Shown here in pieces: positions 34,649 through 44,052 of a DNA stretch of 64,000 bases. Below the pieces are notes generated by a model. That model worked only from the letters and a program-made list of their open reading frames with translations, was not told the DNA's origin and searched no databases. How positions within the stretch are numbered: position 1 is the stretch's first letter; the number at the start of each line of letters is the position of its first letter. The translations under genes and the position numbers were made by a program. The DNA comes from a virus (Duplodnaviria; Caudoviricetes), in the IMG/VR virus record IMGVR_UViG_3300025401_000012; one strand, 5' to 3'.

Positions 34649-36416
34649 TTACTTCTAAATCGGTTGCATAACTAGTGTAACCATTTTCTTTAACCACACG
34701 TAGTACGTTGTTTACCCTGCCAATTAGTTCATCCTTGTGGCTAATTAAGAAAATATTCTTTTTTCGCTCACGTGACATCTTTTTAAGTATGCCTAACGCA
34801 CCTTCTACACCCGATGCATCTAGTCCATTGTCGATTAGTTCGTCTACAAACAACAAATTGATCTGTTGATACAAACTTTCCCATACATCTCTGAAGGCAA
34901 AACTTAAACTAATGATAAGTCTGTTGCGTTCGCCACGTGATAAATTGTCAAAATCTAAGTCTTGACCCAACTGAGTGATGATAACTGACAGATCATTTTG
35001 AAATAATACACTATGTGGCAAGCCCATCTTGTCAAGATAGTAGGTTAATCTGTTGTTTAAGTAGGCTAAATTTTGATCAATAATCTTTTTACGAATAAAA
35101 CTGTCCTTACTTGTAAGCAATTTTAATAAAAACTCTTGATGATCTTTAAGACTATTCAAAGCATTTACATTGTCCCACGATATTTCTACAAGTGCGGTAT
35201 CAGTCAATTCGTCTATTTGTTCTTGATAAGGATCTATATCGTGCGATTTTTGTACTAACTGATTTTCCAATGTCTTTAGATTGTTTTGATGTTTGAGTGC
35301 TTGTTCAACAGTATCATAGTAGGTATCTGGCCGTTTACTTAATTCACCGATATCATCTAGTTCTTTTTGTATCTTATTACGATCCCCTGATACTTTATCA
35401 TAGTAAGTAACAGCATCTGTGTGATGCGTAAGTGCTTCTGTCATCATTTCTTCATGTTTATGATCATGAAGATCCTGTTCACAAGCGTGGCATTTTTTAT
35501 CCTGCAACGTAGCAAGCTCGCTTGCGTACTTTTTTACGCTTCGCTCCGCTTGCGCTATCGCGCTATCTAATGTAGCCCGCTCCTTATTTAGGCTCTTCAG
35601 CTTTGCTGATTTGTCATCATATGCTTTAAGCTCTGCATGCTTTGCAAGTTCTGATTCAATGTCTACACTTTCAAGTTCTACAATGCTACGCCCAATTTTT
35701 TCAAGATCATTTGCATGTTGAGTATTCCACGCACTTTGTTTTGTTAGTAAATTGTCAATACTTTTTTGTATACTCTCGTTAGACCGCTTTGCAGCTTCTA
35801 TATCTGCACTTTCTTGTGTAATTTTATCTTTAGTTTGTTTAATTAACTCTTTAAGACTTTCTGCTTTTTCACTTAATAGTGTAACACCTAATAATTGTTC
35901 AATGATAACTCGCTGATCATTAGCCCGCATACTTAAAAATGGTTCAGTATAAGTGTTTAATGCTACAATATGCTTGAACATATCGTGACTCATACCTAGC
36001 AGATCGTCTAAATCTTTTTGTGTTTCGCGCTGATCACCTTGTGCGTCATCTGTTTCTTCTATATCTTGAGCTTGATCGTTGACAAAGAATTGTAATATAT
36101 TAGGTTTACGTCCGCGTTCTATCCTATAATCAACACCATCTTTTTCAAAAGCTAGTGTAACTAACATATTTTTGTTGTTAATTTTGTTAATAAGATTATC
36201 TTTTTTAATATTGGTCAAGGCATTACCAAATAATGCATAGCTTAGTGCATTAACAATAGTAGTTTTACCTGTACCATTACGACTTCCAGCATCGTCTCCG
36301 CCTTGATCTAAATTTTCACCTAGTACTAAGGTCAAGTTTTCTTGTGCAAAGTTTACTGCTTGAGTCTGATTTCCCACACTCATGAAGTTTTTAACTGTTA
36401 GTTCTTTTATTTTCAT
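34641..36416 (-). CDS. gp46: Recombination nuclease ATPase subunit, gp46/SbcC/Rad50-like (591 aa)
   Basis: KNFMSVGN, Walker A NGTGKTT, Zn-hook CHAC, signature LSRGE, Walker B LLFVDE, H-loop ISHK. Confidence 0.95.
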   Translation of the reverse strand: MKIKELTVKNFMSVGNQTQAVNFAQENLTLVLGENLDQGGDDAGSRNGTGKTTIVNALSYALFGNALTNIKKDNLINKINNKNMLVTLAFEKDGVDYRIERGRKPNILQFFVNDQAQDIEETDDAQGDQRETQKDLDDLLGMSHDMFKHIVALNTYTEPFLSMRANDQRVIIEQLLGVTLLSEKAESLKELIKQTKDKITQESADIEAAKRSNESIQKSIDNLLTKQSAWNTQHANDLEKIGRSIVELESVDIESELAKHAELKAYDDKSAKLKSLNKERATLDSAIAQAERSVKKYASELATLQDKKCHACEQDLHDHKHEEMMTEALTHHTDAVTYYDKVSGDRNKIQKELDDIGELSKRPDTYYDTVEQALKHQNNLKTLENQLVQKSHDIDPYQEQIDELTDTALVEISWDNVNALNSLKDHQEFLLKLLTSKDSFIRKKIIDQNLAYLNNRLTYYLDKMGLPHSVLFQNDLSVIITQLGQDLDFDNLSRGERNRLIISLSFAFRDVWESLYQQINLLFVDELIDNGLDASGVEGALGILKKMSRERKKNIFLISHKDELIGRVNNVLRVVKENGYTSYATDLEVNE

Positions 36417-37438
36417 AGATTGTTGTAAATTTCTAATAGGATATTCTTATCGTATGTGTCGCTTTCGATATTAATAATTTGACTTGATACAATTTGATCT
36501 ACGCTTTCAAAGGCTTGAATATCGATATTAGTGTTAATTTCGATATCTTTCTTTTCTGCAATTAAAGTTAGTTCGCGAATATCATAATCTGCCATAAATT
36601 TTTCTTTAATAAAACTGGCTTCTTCATAGCTGATATCTATATCTAGTGTAACACGTAGATGACTCTTGGGCAAGATTATTGAATCTGCTCCGTCAATTAA
36701 CCTACTAAGAGTTACTGTTCTAAATGTGGGTTGCGCCGGCCAACTGTAATATTCTGGCTGACCTCCCCATTCTAAAATCATCATTCCGCGATCATCGTCC
36801 CATGTGTCTGCATAATTGTGTGGAAATGCATTGCCAATATAAATCATATTCTTTTGCTGTTGGCGTTTATGGAAGTGCCCGCTGAATCCTAGCTCGTATG
36901 TTTTAAATGCATCTAGTTGAATTTCACCGTGATCTGGCATTTGTACCATTGCATTCATAAAAAAACTAGGAAGTTCAAAGTGACCAAATATATATTTGCC
37001 GCCTTTTTTACTAATTGATTTCCATTCTTCTCCAACTAACCACGGGCAAAGTGTAACATTTCCAATTGTAGTAGGTTCATGCACAACAGTAATACCGGGA
37101 ATGTACTTACCAAACTCTACTGAATGAATATCGCGTTTGTCTTTATAGTACAAATCATGATTGCCAGGGAAAAAGTAAAACTGATCAAATGCTTGACCTA
37201 ACTTTTCCAGTGCTCGAAGCGAATAGTCCATAGTGGTAATGTTAAGACTATTGCGATTATGATGCCAGTCACCCATGAAAATTCCTGTATCACATCCTTC
37301 TTCTTTTGCTTTAGCAATGTACCAATCTACAAAATCTTCACAATCTTGATTGTGTGTTGAACTATTACTTTTAAGACCAAAGTGAATGTCTGTAAAACAA
37401 GCTACTTTTTTAAATAAATTACTCACTTGTATCCTCAT
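36413..37438 (-). CDS. gp47: Recombination nuclease subunit, gp47/SbcD/Mre11-like (341 aa)
   Basis: TDIHFG, GDWHH, GNHD, GHFE, SGHFH metallophosphoesterase motifs; ATGA overlap with gp46. Confidence 0.95.
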   Translation of the reverse strand: MRIQVSNLFKKVACFTDIHFGLKSNSSTHNQDCEDFVDWYIAKAKEEGCDTGIFMGDWHHNRNSLNITTMDYSLRALEKLGQAFDQFYFFPGNHDLYYKDKRDIHSVEFGKYIPGITVVHEPTTIGNVTLCPWLVGEEWKSISKKGGKYIFGHFELPSFFMNAMVQMPDHGEIQLDAFKTYELGFSGHFHKRQQQKNMIYIGNAFPHNYADTWDDDRGMMILEWGGQPEYYSWPAQPTFRTVTLSRLIDGADSIILPKSHLRVTLDIDISYEEASFIKEKFMADYDIRELTLIAEKKDIEINTNIDIQAFESVDQIVSSQIINIESDTYDKNILLEIYNNL

Positions 37439-38249
37439 TATATCTTTTTATAGCGGCTGCATGTTCCCCAGCACCGGTTCTGCTGTAGCTAGGGTTCATA
37501 CCATTAATTTCTAAGATGTCATCTCGTATATTCTGATTACGTTTTTCTGTATTAATTACACGAACAAAACTGTTAGTTACGGCTGCGGTAAAATAAGCAA
37601 ACGGGTTATCTGATTTGCTTTCATCAAATTGTAATCCAATCTGTGTTAGTTGCAAAATAGCCATACCTTTCATTTCATCGTTATAGGTATACCCCCGAAC
37701 ATTACCTCGAGTAGCATATCGTTCACACAGTTTGATCATCATGCGGGCAAGTGTGTTTGTAATTTGTCCAGCATCCTTATCAAAATGACCTTTTTCAAGA
37801 TCGCCCTTCCAGTGGCTTTTACCTACACATATTAGTTCATCGTTTTCGTTAAATTTCCAATGTTGAAATGGCGGAAAATTAACCTTATCTCTGTGATCGG
37901 CTAGACTTTTAGGGTTTTTCTTACGGGTGTTGTTTAATGGGATATGATCAAACGTCATAATCCTAAAGATAACATCTGTTTTAGCTATTTTTTTATAATC
38001 AATTTCACAATCTGCAAGTTTGACCTTTTCACCTTCTTTCTTTCTGCGTTCAAAATCTTGTTGCCCTAAACGTTTAGCCTGTACACGTTTAGCTTCGGCA
38101 ATGCTTCGAACATTGATTTTATCAATACTTGGAAGAATTAAATCGTATTGATGATATTCTGGTTGGGTGAAACTGCAATATGATGTTTTTGATCTATGTA
38201 TTTCTAACAACATATCCTTGTTGTTTAGGTAATTTACTTTTGCTGTCAT
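37419..38249 (-). CDS. gp55: Late transcription sigma factor, gp55-like (276 aa)
   Basis: NYLNNKDML, YTYNDEMKGMAILQL...FDESKSDNPFAYFT...NSFVRVINTEKRNQ; adjacent to gp47/gp46 as in T4-like phages. Confidence 0.9.
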   Translation of the reverse strand: MTAKVNYLNNKDMLLEIHRSKTSYCSFTQPEYHQYDLILPSIDKINVRSIAEAKRVQAKRLGQQDFERRKKEGEKVKLADCEIDYKKIAKTDVIFRIMTFDHIPLNNTRKKNPKSLADHRDKVNFPPFQHWKFNENDELICVGKSHWKGDLEKGHFDKDAGQITNTLARMMIKLCERYATRGNVRGYTYNDEMKGMAILQLTQIGLQFDESKSDNPFAYFTAAVTNSFVRVINTEKRNQNIRDDILEINGMNPSYSRTGAGEHAAAIKRYNEDTSE

Positions 38250-38272
38250 CCTGAAGAGTCCTCTTATATCGT

Positions 38273-38301
38273 ATTATAAAGTACGCACATTAAAAAGTCA
38301 A
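38273..38301 (-). promoter_or_regulatory. Sigma70-type early promoter for the gp55-gp47-gp46 operon
   Basis: TTGACT (38301-38296), 17-nt spacer, TATAAT (38278-38273); GAGGA SD downstream. Confidence 0.85.
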
Positions 38302-38308
38302 CTAAATA
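38301..38308 (+). promoter_or_regulatory. Probable late promoter variant (ACTAAATA) for the baseplate operon
   Basis: CTAAATA 22 nt before ATG 38331, with AAGGA SD in between. Confidence 0.6.
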
Positions 38309-38330
38309 TTATACCAAAAAGGAAAATATT

Positions 38331-39332
38331 ATGGCTTTCGGCGATGGGTTAATGCAAACTGTAACTAGTTCTGAAAATTTAATCAGTGCGGCTAGTAACG
38401 GAGTTAATGTTGCTAGGAACTTGTCTAGCGCACTTAGCACAGGATACAATGGAGATCCGGGTGGAGTAATGAGCGCAATTCGCGCTGTCAATTTGCCAGA
38501 AGCAGGTGAAGCAGTTGGCGATATTGTAAGTGCTGTTGCTAGTTTCGGAGGCGATGCTAATCCTGCAGATTGGCGTGTAAGATTAAGTCTTGCTAACTGG
38601 ACTAGTTTTAAAGGAAGCCCGGTACTACAACCATTAAAAGATGCAGGTGGTCTCATATTTCCTTACACTCCTACTATTAGTTTGGCAAGTGCTGCCACTT
38701 ATAATAAAATTGATACAACGCATACCAATTATACATTCCAAGCATTTAAAAATACTGAACCAGGTGCAATAACTATTACAGCTCCTATGAATGTTGAAGA
38801 CGCTACTCAAGGATTATACTGGATTGCAGCTGTTCATTATTTACGAAGTTTAACCAAAATGTTTGCTGGAAATGATCCGAAAGCAGGCAATCCTCCACCA
38901 ATAGTGTTTTTAAATGGATATGGTAATTATGTTTTTAAAAATGTTCCAGTGGTGGTTACCGGATTTACAACAACATTAGATGCTAGTTGTGACTATATTG
39001 GAGTTAACGTTGTTGGTAGTATGTCGGGTGCAATAGAAGGTGTTGCTGATAGTGTAGGCGGACTTGCAGGTAGTCTTGGCTCTGCCATTCCTGGAATAGG
39101 AGATATTACTAATACGGTAAGTAGTGTAGCAGGCACTGTTGGATCTATTGCAGGGCTCGCAGGTTCATTAGGACTAAATGGCACCACAAGCGGCGGAGTT
39201 AGCCATGTTCCAACAAAAAGTTCTTTCACTGTAAGTTTACAACCGATCTACAGTAGAACTAGTGCTAGAAACTTTAGTTTAGATAGATTTGTTGGCGGCG
39301 GATATCTTAATAATAGTTTTGGATATATCTAA
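38331..39332 (+). CDS. Baseplate tail-tube cap/initiator-like protein (gp48/gp54-like, 333 aa)
   Basis: GLIFPYTPTI, HTNY...F, YLRSLTKMF, GNPPPIVFLNGYG...FKNVPVVVT motifs; first gene of the baseplate module. Confidence 0.7.
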   Translation: MAFGDGLMQTVTSSENLISAASNGVNVARNLSSALSTGYNGDPGGVMSAIRAVNLPEAGEAVGDIVSAVASFGGDANPADWRVRLSLANWTSFKGSPVLQPLKDAGGLIFPYTPTISLASAATYNKIDTTHTNYTFQAFKNTEPGAITITAPMNVEDATQGLYWIAAVHYLRSLTKMFAGNDPKAGNPPPIVFLNGYGNYVFKNVPVVVTGFTTTLDASCDYIGVNVVGSMSGAIEGVADSVGGLAGSLGSAIPGIGDITNTVSSVAGTVGSIAGLAGSLGLNGTTSGGVSHVPTKSSFTVSLQPIYSRTSARNFSLDRFVGGGYLNNSFGYI

Positions 39333-39333
39333 T

Positions 39334-39636
39334 ATGACAGCAAACTACTCAAATACTAGCCCTTGGTACAATACAAGTGTAAAAAATAATTATTTAGATG
39401 TCCTTACTATACGACCAGTAAGTGCAGAAGTGGATGATTATTTGTACACCATTGAACCCCAGTATGCTTACCGACCTGATTTATTATCATATGATTTATA
39501 TGGTACAGCAAGTCTTTGGTGGGTTTTTACACAGCGAAATTTAGATAGTATTCAAGATCCAATTCTCGATTTTGTACCAGGAAAACAAATTTATATTTGT
39601 AAAAATAGTAGTTTAAGAAGAACATTGGGATTATAA
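39334..39636 (+). CDS. Baseplate wedge subunit, gp53/LysM-like (100 aa)
   Basis: YTIEPQYAYRPDLLSYDLYGTASLWWVF...N...DPI; start moved to ATG 39334. Confidence 0.85.
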   Translation: MTANYSNTSPWYNTSVKNNYLDVLTIRPVSAEVDDYLYTIEPQYAYRPDLLSYDLYGTASLWWVFTQRNLDSIQDPILDFVPGKQIYICKNSSLRRTLGL

Positions 39637-39637
39637 C

Positions 39638-41911
39638 ATGAGTCTTGATAATCTTTCAGATACAATTGATTCTGCAACAACAGATTTATCTAATTCAATT
39701 AGCTCGGGTGTTAGTTCAATTGTATCTGGAGCAGCTAGTGCATTATCTGCAGTTGGTAATGCTGTTAGCGGACTTTTTAGTAGTCTCGGATCAGCATTTA
39801 AACCGATACCAAACATTCAACTACCTTTGCCAAATCCACTATTTGATTATGCAAGCTATGATTATGTATTGGGACTTGCTTGTTTAACAGACGAGCAACT
39901 GAATAATCCGGATAAAGGGTATATGTCAGGTGCTATCCCTTATCAAATTATAGCTAAAGATGCAAATGCTGATCCTAAAAATCGTGTAACTACTCCATAC
40001 GGACAATTTGATTATTTTATAGACAAATTAGAAATTGACAGCACTATCGGATTAGAAAAAGGCAACAATACTAACGTACATACGTTAAACTTTCAAGTTA
40101 CAGAACCTTACAGTATGGGTACATTCATGATGGCTTTACAACAAGCTGCTTGGAATACCAACCCCGATGACCCTCCTAATTATACACAAGCTCCTTTTTT
40201 ATTAACAATTGAATTTAGGGGTTCTAAAGAAAACGGTGTGATGGCAAATATACCAAACGCTTCACGCAGAATTCCTTTTAGATTTAGAAATGTAACCATG
40301 ACAGTAACCGAAGCAGGTGCTGTTTATAAATGTGAAGGGTTTCCTTGGAATAGTACAGCACTAAGCGGGCATACTAGTGCTATAAAAAATGATGCCAGTG
40401 TCAAAGGAATCACTGTACAAGAAGTATTACAAACTGGAGAAAAAAGTTTACAAGCCGCTTTAAATAAAAGATTACAACAACTACAAACAGATAAAATTGT
40501 TAAAAAACCAGATCAGATTGTTATATTGTTTCCAACAGATGTTAGTTCTGCAGGTGTTAATAAAACAGGCGGCGATACTGAAGACAGCACTGGAGCAACT
40601 ACACAAACTGATGCATCTAGTGTAGATGCAGTAGCAAAAAAGTTGGGATTAACACAAAGTTCAGTTCCAGGCAACGGTACATTAGTTCAAGATCCTGCTA
40701 ATGTAAACGGCATTGGCAAAGCTAAAATGGGATTTAGCGATACCAGAAAAGGCGATGCTCCTATTGGTAAAGATAATAAAACATATGATGATAAAGGTAA
40801 TAATATACGTAGCAACAATACTGTAGATCCTAAAGTAGGTGATTTAAGATTTAGTCAAGATACGGATATTACTACGGCCATTGATACAGTGTTGCTAAAC
40901 AGTGATTATGCTACTACACAATTAGATGAAACTAATATAGATGATAAAGGTCAACGTAAATGGTGGCGTATTGACACACAAGTTTATAACATTACTGATA
41001 ACGATAGTAATGCTGGTTCAACAAATGATAAACCTAAAATAATAGTTTATAGAATAGTACCCTACGGAGTACATACATCTAAAACTGTAACTCCTGGTGG
41101 AAAAGCTCCGGGACTTGAAAATCTTAAAAAAGAATGTGTTAAACAATACAACTATATCTATACAGGCAAAAACATAGATGTTATGAGTTTTAATATTGAA
41201 GTTAAAACTGGATTTGCAACATACATGGGAGCATCTGCTACCAAACGTACTATTGATAATCAAGTGCAAGAATCTGCTAGCGGTGCAGATAGTGCAGCAG
41301 ATAAAAACAATACAGCTCCAATGCCAGACGGAAAGAAGACAGAAAAGAAATTAGGAATACAGCCGGTTAAAGTAAATTATTCTGCAACTAGTACTGGCAG
41401 CGATAATCGTGGCGGTGGTGGTATTGGTAATGAAAAGACTCGTATTGCTCAACAATTCCACGATGCCATCACTAGCGCTGCAAGTATGGTACAGCTTGAC
41501 ATGAAAATTATCGGGGATCCTTATTGGATTGCACACAGCGGTATGGGAAATTATACATCTGTTCCTAGTCAATATCAAAATTTAAATAATGATGGAACTG
41601 TAAACTATCAAAACGGCGAAGTTCATGTGTCTGTAGATTTTAGAAGCCCTGTTGATATAAATCAAAGTACCGGATTATATGATTTTGGAAAGAGTGCAGG
41701 AAATAGCGTTCCTCTATTACAATGGAGCGGTATATATCAAGTAATTAAAGTTATTAGTAACTTTGACGGCGGATCTTTTACACAAAAACTATCCGGCCCA
41801 CGCATAAATGGCCAAGAAAATACAGGCGCTGGAGCTTCTTCAGACGTACTAAATGTTTCAAATGAAAAGAAAGACCCTGATCCAGTAACAGAACCCAATA
41901 GCAACGGATAA
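39638..41911 (+). CDS. Baseplate hub protein (gp27/gpD-like, 757 aa)
   Basis: Position between gp53-like and gp5-like genes; C-terminal MKIIGDPYW and GIYQVIKVISNFDGGSFTQKL motifs. Confidence 0.7.
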   Translation: MSLDNLSDTIDSATTDLSNSISSGVSSIVSGAASALSAVGNAVSGLFSSLGSAFKPIPNIQLPLPNPLFDYASYDYVLGLACLTDEQLNNPDKGYMSGAIPYQIIAKDANADPKNRVTTPYGQFDYFIDKLEIDSTIGLEKGNNTNVHTLNFQVTEPYSMGTFMMALQQAAWNTNPDDPPNYTQAPFLLTIEFRGSKENGVMANIPNASRRIPFRFRNVTMTVTEAGAVYKCEGFPWNSTALSGHTSAIKNDASVKGITVQEVLQTGEKSLQAALNKRLQQLQTDKIVKKPDQIVILFPTDVSSAGVNKTGGDTEDSTGATTQTDASSVDAVAKKLGLTQSSVPGNGTLVQDPANVNGIGKAKMGFSDTRKGDAPIGKDNKTYDDKGNNIRSNNTVDPKVGDLRFSQDTDITTAIDTVLLNSDYATTQLDETNIDDKGQRKWWRIDTQVYNITDNDSNAGSTNDKPKIIVYRIVPYGVHTSKTVTPGGKAPGLENLKKECVKQYNYIYTGKNIDVMSFNIEVKTGFATYMGASATKRTIDNQVQESASGADSAADKNNTAPMPDGKKTEKKLGIQPVKVNYSATSTGSDNRGGGGIGNEKTRIAQQFHDAITSAASMVQLDMKIIGDPYWIAHSGMGNYTSVPSQYQNLNNDGTVNYQNGEVHVSVDFRSPVDINQSTGLYDFGKSAGNSVPLLQWSGIYQVIKVISNFDGGSFTQKLSGPRINGQENTGAGASSDVLNVSNEKKDPDPVTEPNSNG

Positions 41912-41914
41912 TAA

Positions 41915-43558
41915 ATGTCAAATTTAGATAATCAAAGAGAAGACTATACAAATACACCTAAAGAACCTAAGCCAGGTCCGTTCCTGGCTAAGGTAGTTAG
42001 TAATCTCGATCCGTCTTATATGGGTATTTTAGAAGTTGAAATTTTAAGACCATCGGGTGGTGGATCGAGTGAAAGTCAACTACACCAAGTAAAATACATG
42101 AGCCCGTTTTATGGAGTTACTAATGTAAATTACAACGGTAAAAATAATGATTACGGGGATACACAAAAGTCATATGGTATGTGGATGGTGCCTCCGGATC
42201 TTGGCGTTACAGTTGTTGTAATTTTTATCGACGGCGATCCCAAACGCGGTTATTGGATAGGTTGTGTTCAAGACGATAATATGAATTTTATGGTTCCAGG
42301 TCTTGCAGCTACGCAGTCATTAGAAAATCCTTCGACTGACGATATGGCAGGGAATACCGGCCGTGCACCAGCAGCAGAATATAATAAATCTATAGAAGCA
42401 AATAATACTTCAAAAGATCCAGAAAAATTAAAAAAACCTACGCATCCTTCTGTAAATTATCTAAAACATCAAGGTTTATTATTAGACGACATTCGAGGAA
42501 TTACAACTAGTAGTGCTAGGAGAGAAAGTCCTAGTAATGTATTTGGAATAAGTACTCCAGGCCCAATTGATAAAAATCCAGGAGCCAAAAAGTCTAAAAT
42601 AGGTAAAGCAGAATGGCTTGCTGACACATTTGTCAGCAGATTAGGCGGTAGTTCTTTTGTCATGGATGACGGCGATGCCAACTGGCTACGAAAAAAATCT
42701 GCTCATACAGCACCGCCTGAGTATGCTAGTATAGATGCCGGTGACACTGACGGTAATGTAAATTTACCGGCTAATGAATTAATTAGACTTCGCACACGTA
42801 CTGGCCATCAAATTTTATTACACAACACTGAAGATTTGATTTACATTACTAATAGCCGTGGCACAGCATGGATAGAACTAACTAGTAATGGCAAAATAGA
42901 CATTTATGCAGAAGATAGTATTAGTATTCATACCGGCAATGATTTAAATTTATATGCTGACCGTGACATTAATATGGAAGCTGGTAGAAATTTTAATCTT
43001 AAAGTAGCAGAGCGCCATCAAACAGAAGTTGGAAAAGATAAAATTACTATTGTTAACGGTAAAGTTGCTATACAAGTTGACGGAACACAAGACGAAACCA
43101 TTGCAGGTGCAGTTACAGAATCATACGGAGCTACACTTGATTTAACAACAGGCGCGGCTGTAAATATTACAACAGGCGATGCGCTAAATTTAAATATTGG
43201 CGGTGCTAGTGTAGTTTCTAGTTCAGGCGACTTTACAATTAAAGCTTCTAACACAGCAATCGACGGTGGAAATATCCATTTTAATTCAGGAATAGCTGGA
43301 GATGCAGGGTCAGCTTCCCCGGCAACTCCACCAACTCCTTTAACTACATTTGATAATCCTGCAGATGATGGTAGTACTATTAACAGTATAATGTTGAGAG
43401 TTCCTACCACAGAGCCTTACCCTGGCCATGAAAATTTAGATCCATCGAGTTTTACTCACAGTAAAACAGATAGAGAAACTGGTAGTGCAATAGATCCTCC
43501 AAATGCTTGGAAAACTTATAGTCTGTCTCAGGACACGTTTTTAAAAGGAAATAATTAA
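41915..43558 (+). CDS. gp5: Central spike, gp5/VgrG-like (OB-fold plus beta-helix, 547 aa)
   Basis: GPFLAKVVSNLDP, GMWMVPPDLGVTVVVIFIDGDPKRGYWIGC, RTRTGHQILLHN, WIEL-x-x-NGKIDIYA, C-terminal beta-helix repeats. Confidence 0.82.
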   Translation: MSNLDNQREDYTNTPKEPKPGPFLAKVVSNLDPSYMGILEVEILRPSGGGSSESQLHQVKYMSPFYGVTNVNYNGKNNDYGDTQKSYGMWMVPPDLGVTVVVIFIDGDPKRGYWIGCVQDDNMNFMVPGLAATQSLENPSTDDMAGNTGRAPAAEYNKSIEANNTSKDPEKLKKPTHPSVNYLKHQGLLLDDIRGITTSSARRESPSNVFGISTPGPIDKNPGAKKSKIGKAEWLADTFVSRLGGSSFVMDDGDANWLRKKSAHTAPPEYASIDAGDTDGNVNLPANELIRLRTRTGHQILLHNTEDLIYITNSRGTAWIELTSNGKIDIYAEDSISIHTGNDLNLYADRDINMEAGRNFNLKVAERHQTEVGKDKITIVNGKVAIQVDGTQDETIAGAVTESYGATLDLTTGAAVNITTGDALNLNIGGASVVSSSGDFTIKASNTAIDGGNIHFNSGIAGDAGSASPATPPTPLTTFDNPADDGSTINSIMLRVPTTEPYPGHENLDPSSFTHSKTDRETGSAIDPPNAWKTYSLSQDTFLKGNN

Positions 43559-43560
43559 TT

Positions 43561-43995
43561 ATGGCTAATTTATATACTAAAACAGTAATACCACAGAAAC
43601 ATAATAATGCGCAGTCTAGAGTTCAGCGTTACAAAGGATTTAGTACAGTTAACCACAAAACTAAAAATTTTGCTTTGTATGATTTTGAATTAATCAAGCA
43701 AGATTTATTGAATCATTTTTACATACGTCAAGGTGAAAGATTGATGCAACCGGCATTTGGCACAATCATATGGGATCTATTGTTTGAACCGTTAACACCT
43801 GAAATACAAAATTTAATTTTGCAAAATGTAAATCAGATTTTTAACAGTGACCCGCGTATTCAAGCTGGCAATATCGTTATTACGCCATATGATACTGGAT
43901 TAGAAATTAAGTGTGATTTAAAATATCTGCTTTATAACATTCAGGAAAGCATGAAATTACAATTCGATCAAGCCAACGGTTTATTAACATACTAG
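43561..43995 (+). CDS. gp25: Baseplate wedge subunit, gp25-like (144 aa)
   Basis: LIKQDLLNHFYIRQGERLMQPAFGTIIWDLLFEP...DPRI. Confidence 0.92.
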   Translation: MANLYTKTVIPQKHNNAQSRVQRYKGFSTVNHKTKNFALYDFELIKQDLLNHFYIRQGERLMQPAFGTIIWDLLFEPLTPEIQNLILQNVNQIFNSDPRIQAGNIVITPYDTGLEIKCDLKYLLYNIQESMKLQFDQANGLLTY

Positions 43996-44027
43996 TACAT
44001 AATAAACTACCCACTTAATTTAATCTA

Positions 44028-44034
44028 ATAAATA
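44028..44034 (+). promoter_or_regulatory. Late promoter ATAAATA
   Basis: AATAAATATAC then AGGA SD before the gp6-like gene. Confidence 0.75.
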
Positions 44035-44052
44035 TACTTATTAGGACATATC

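Noticed and set aside
22404-39333. Track start sites at 22418, 26774, 32394 and 39289
   Set aside because: They extend upstream of the late promoter or into neighbouring genes; the nearer ATGs (22403, 26633, 32370, 39334) fit promoters and gene packing
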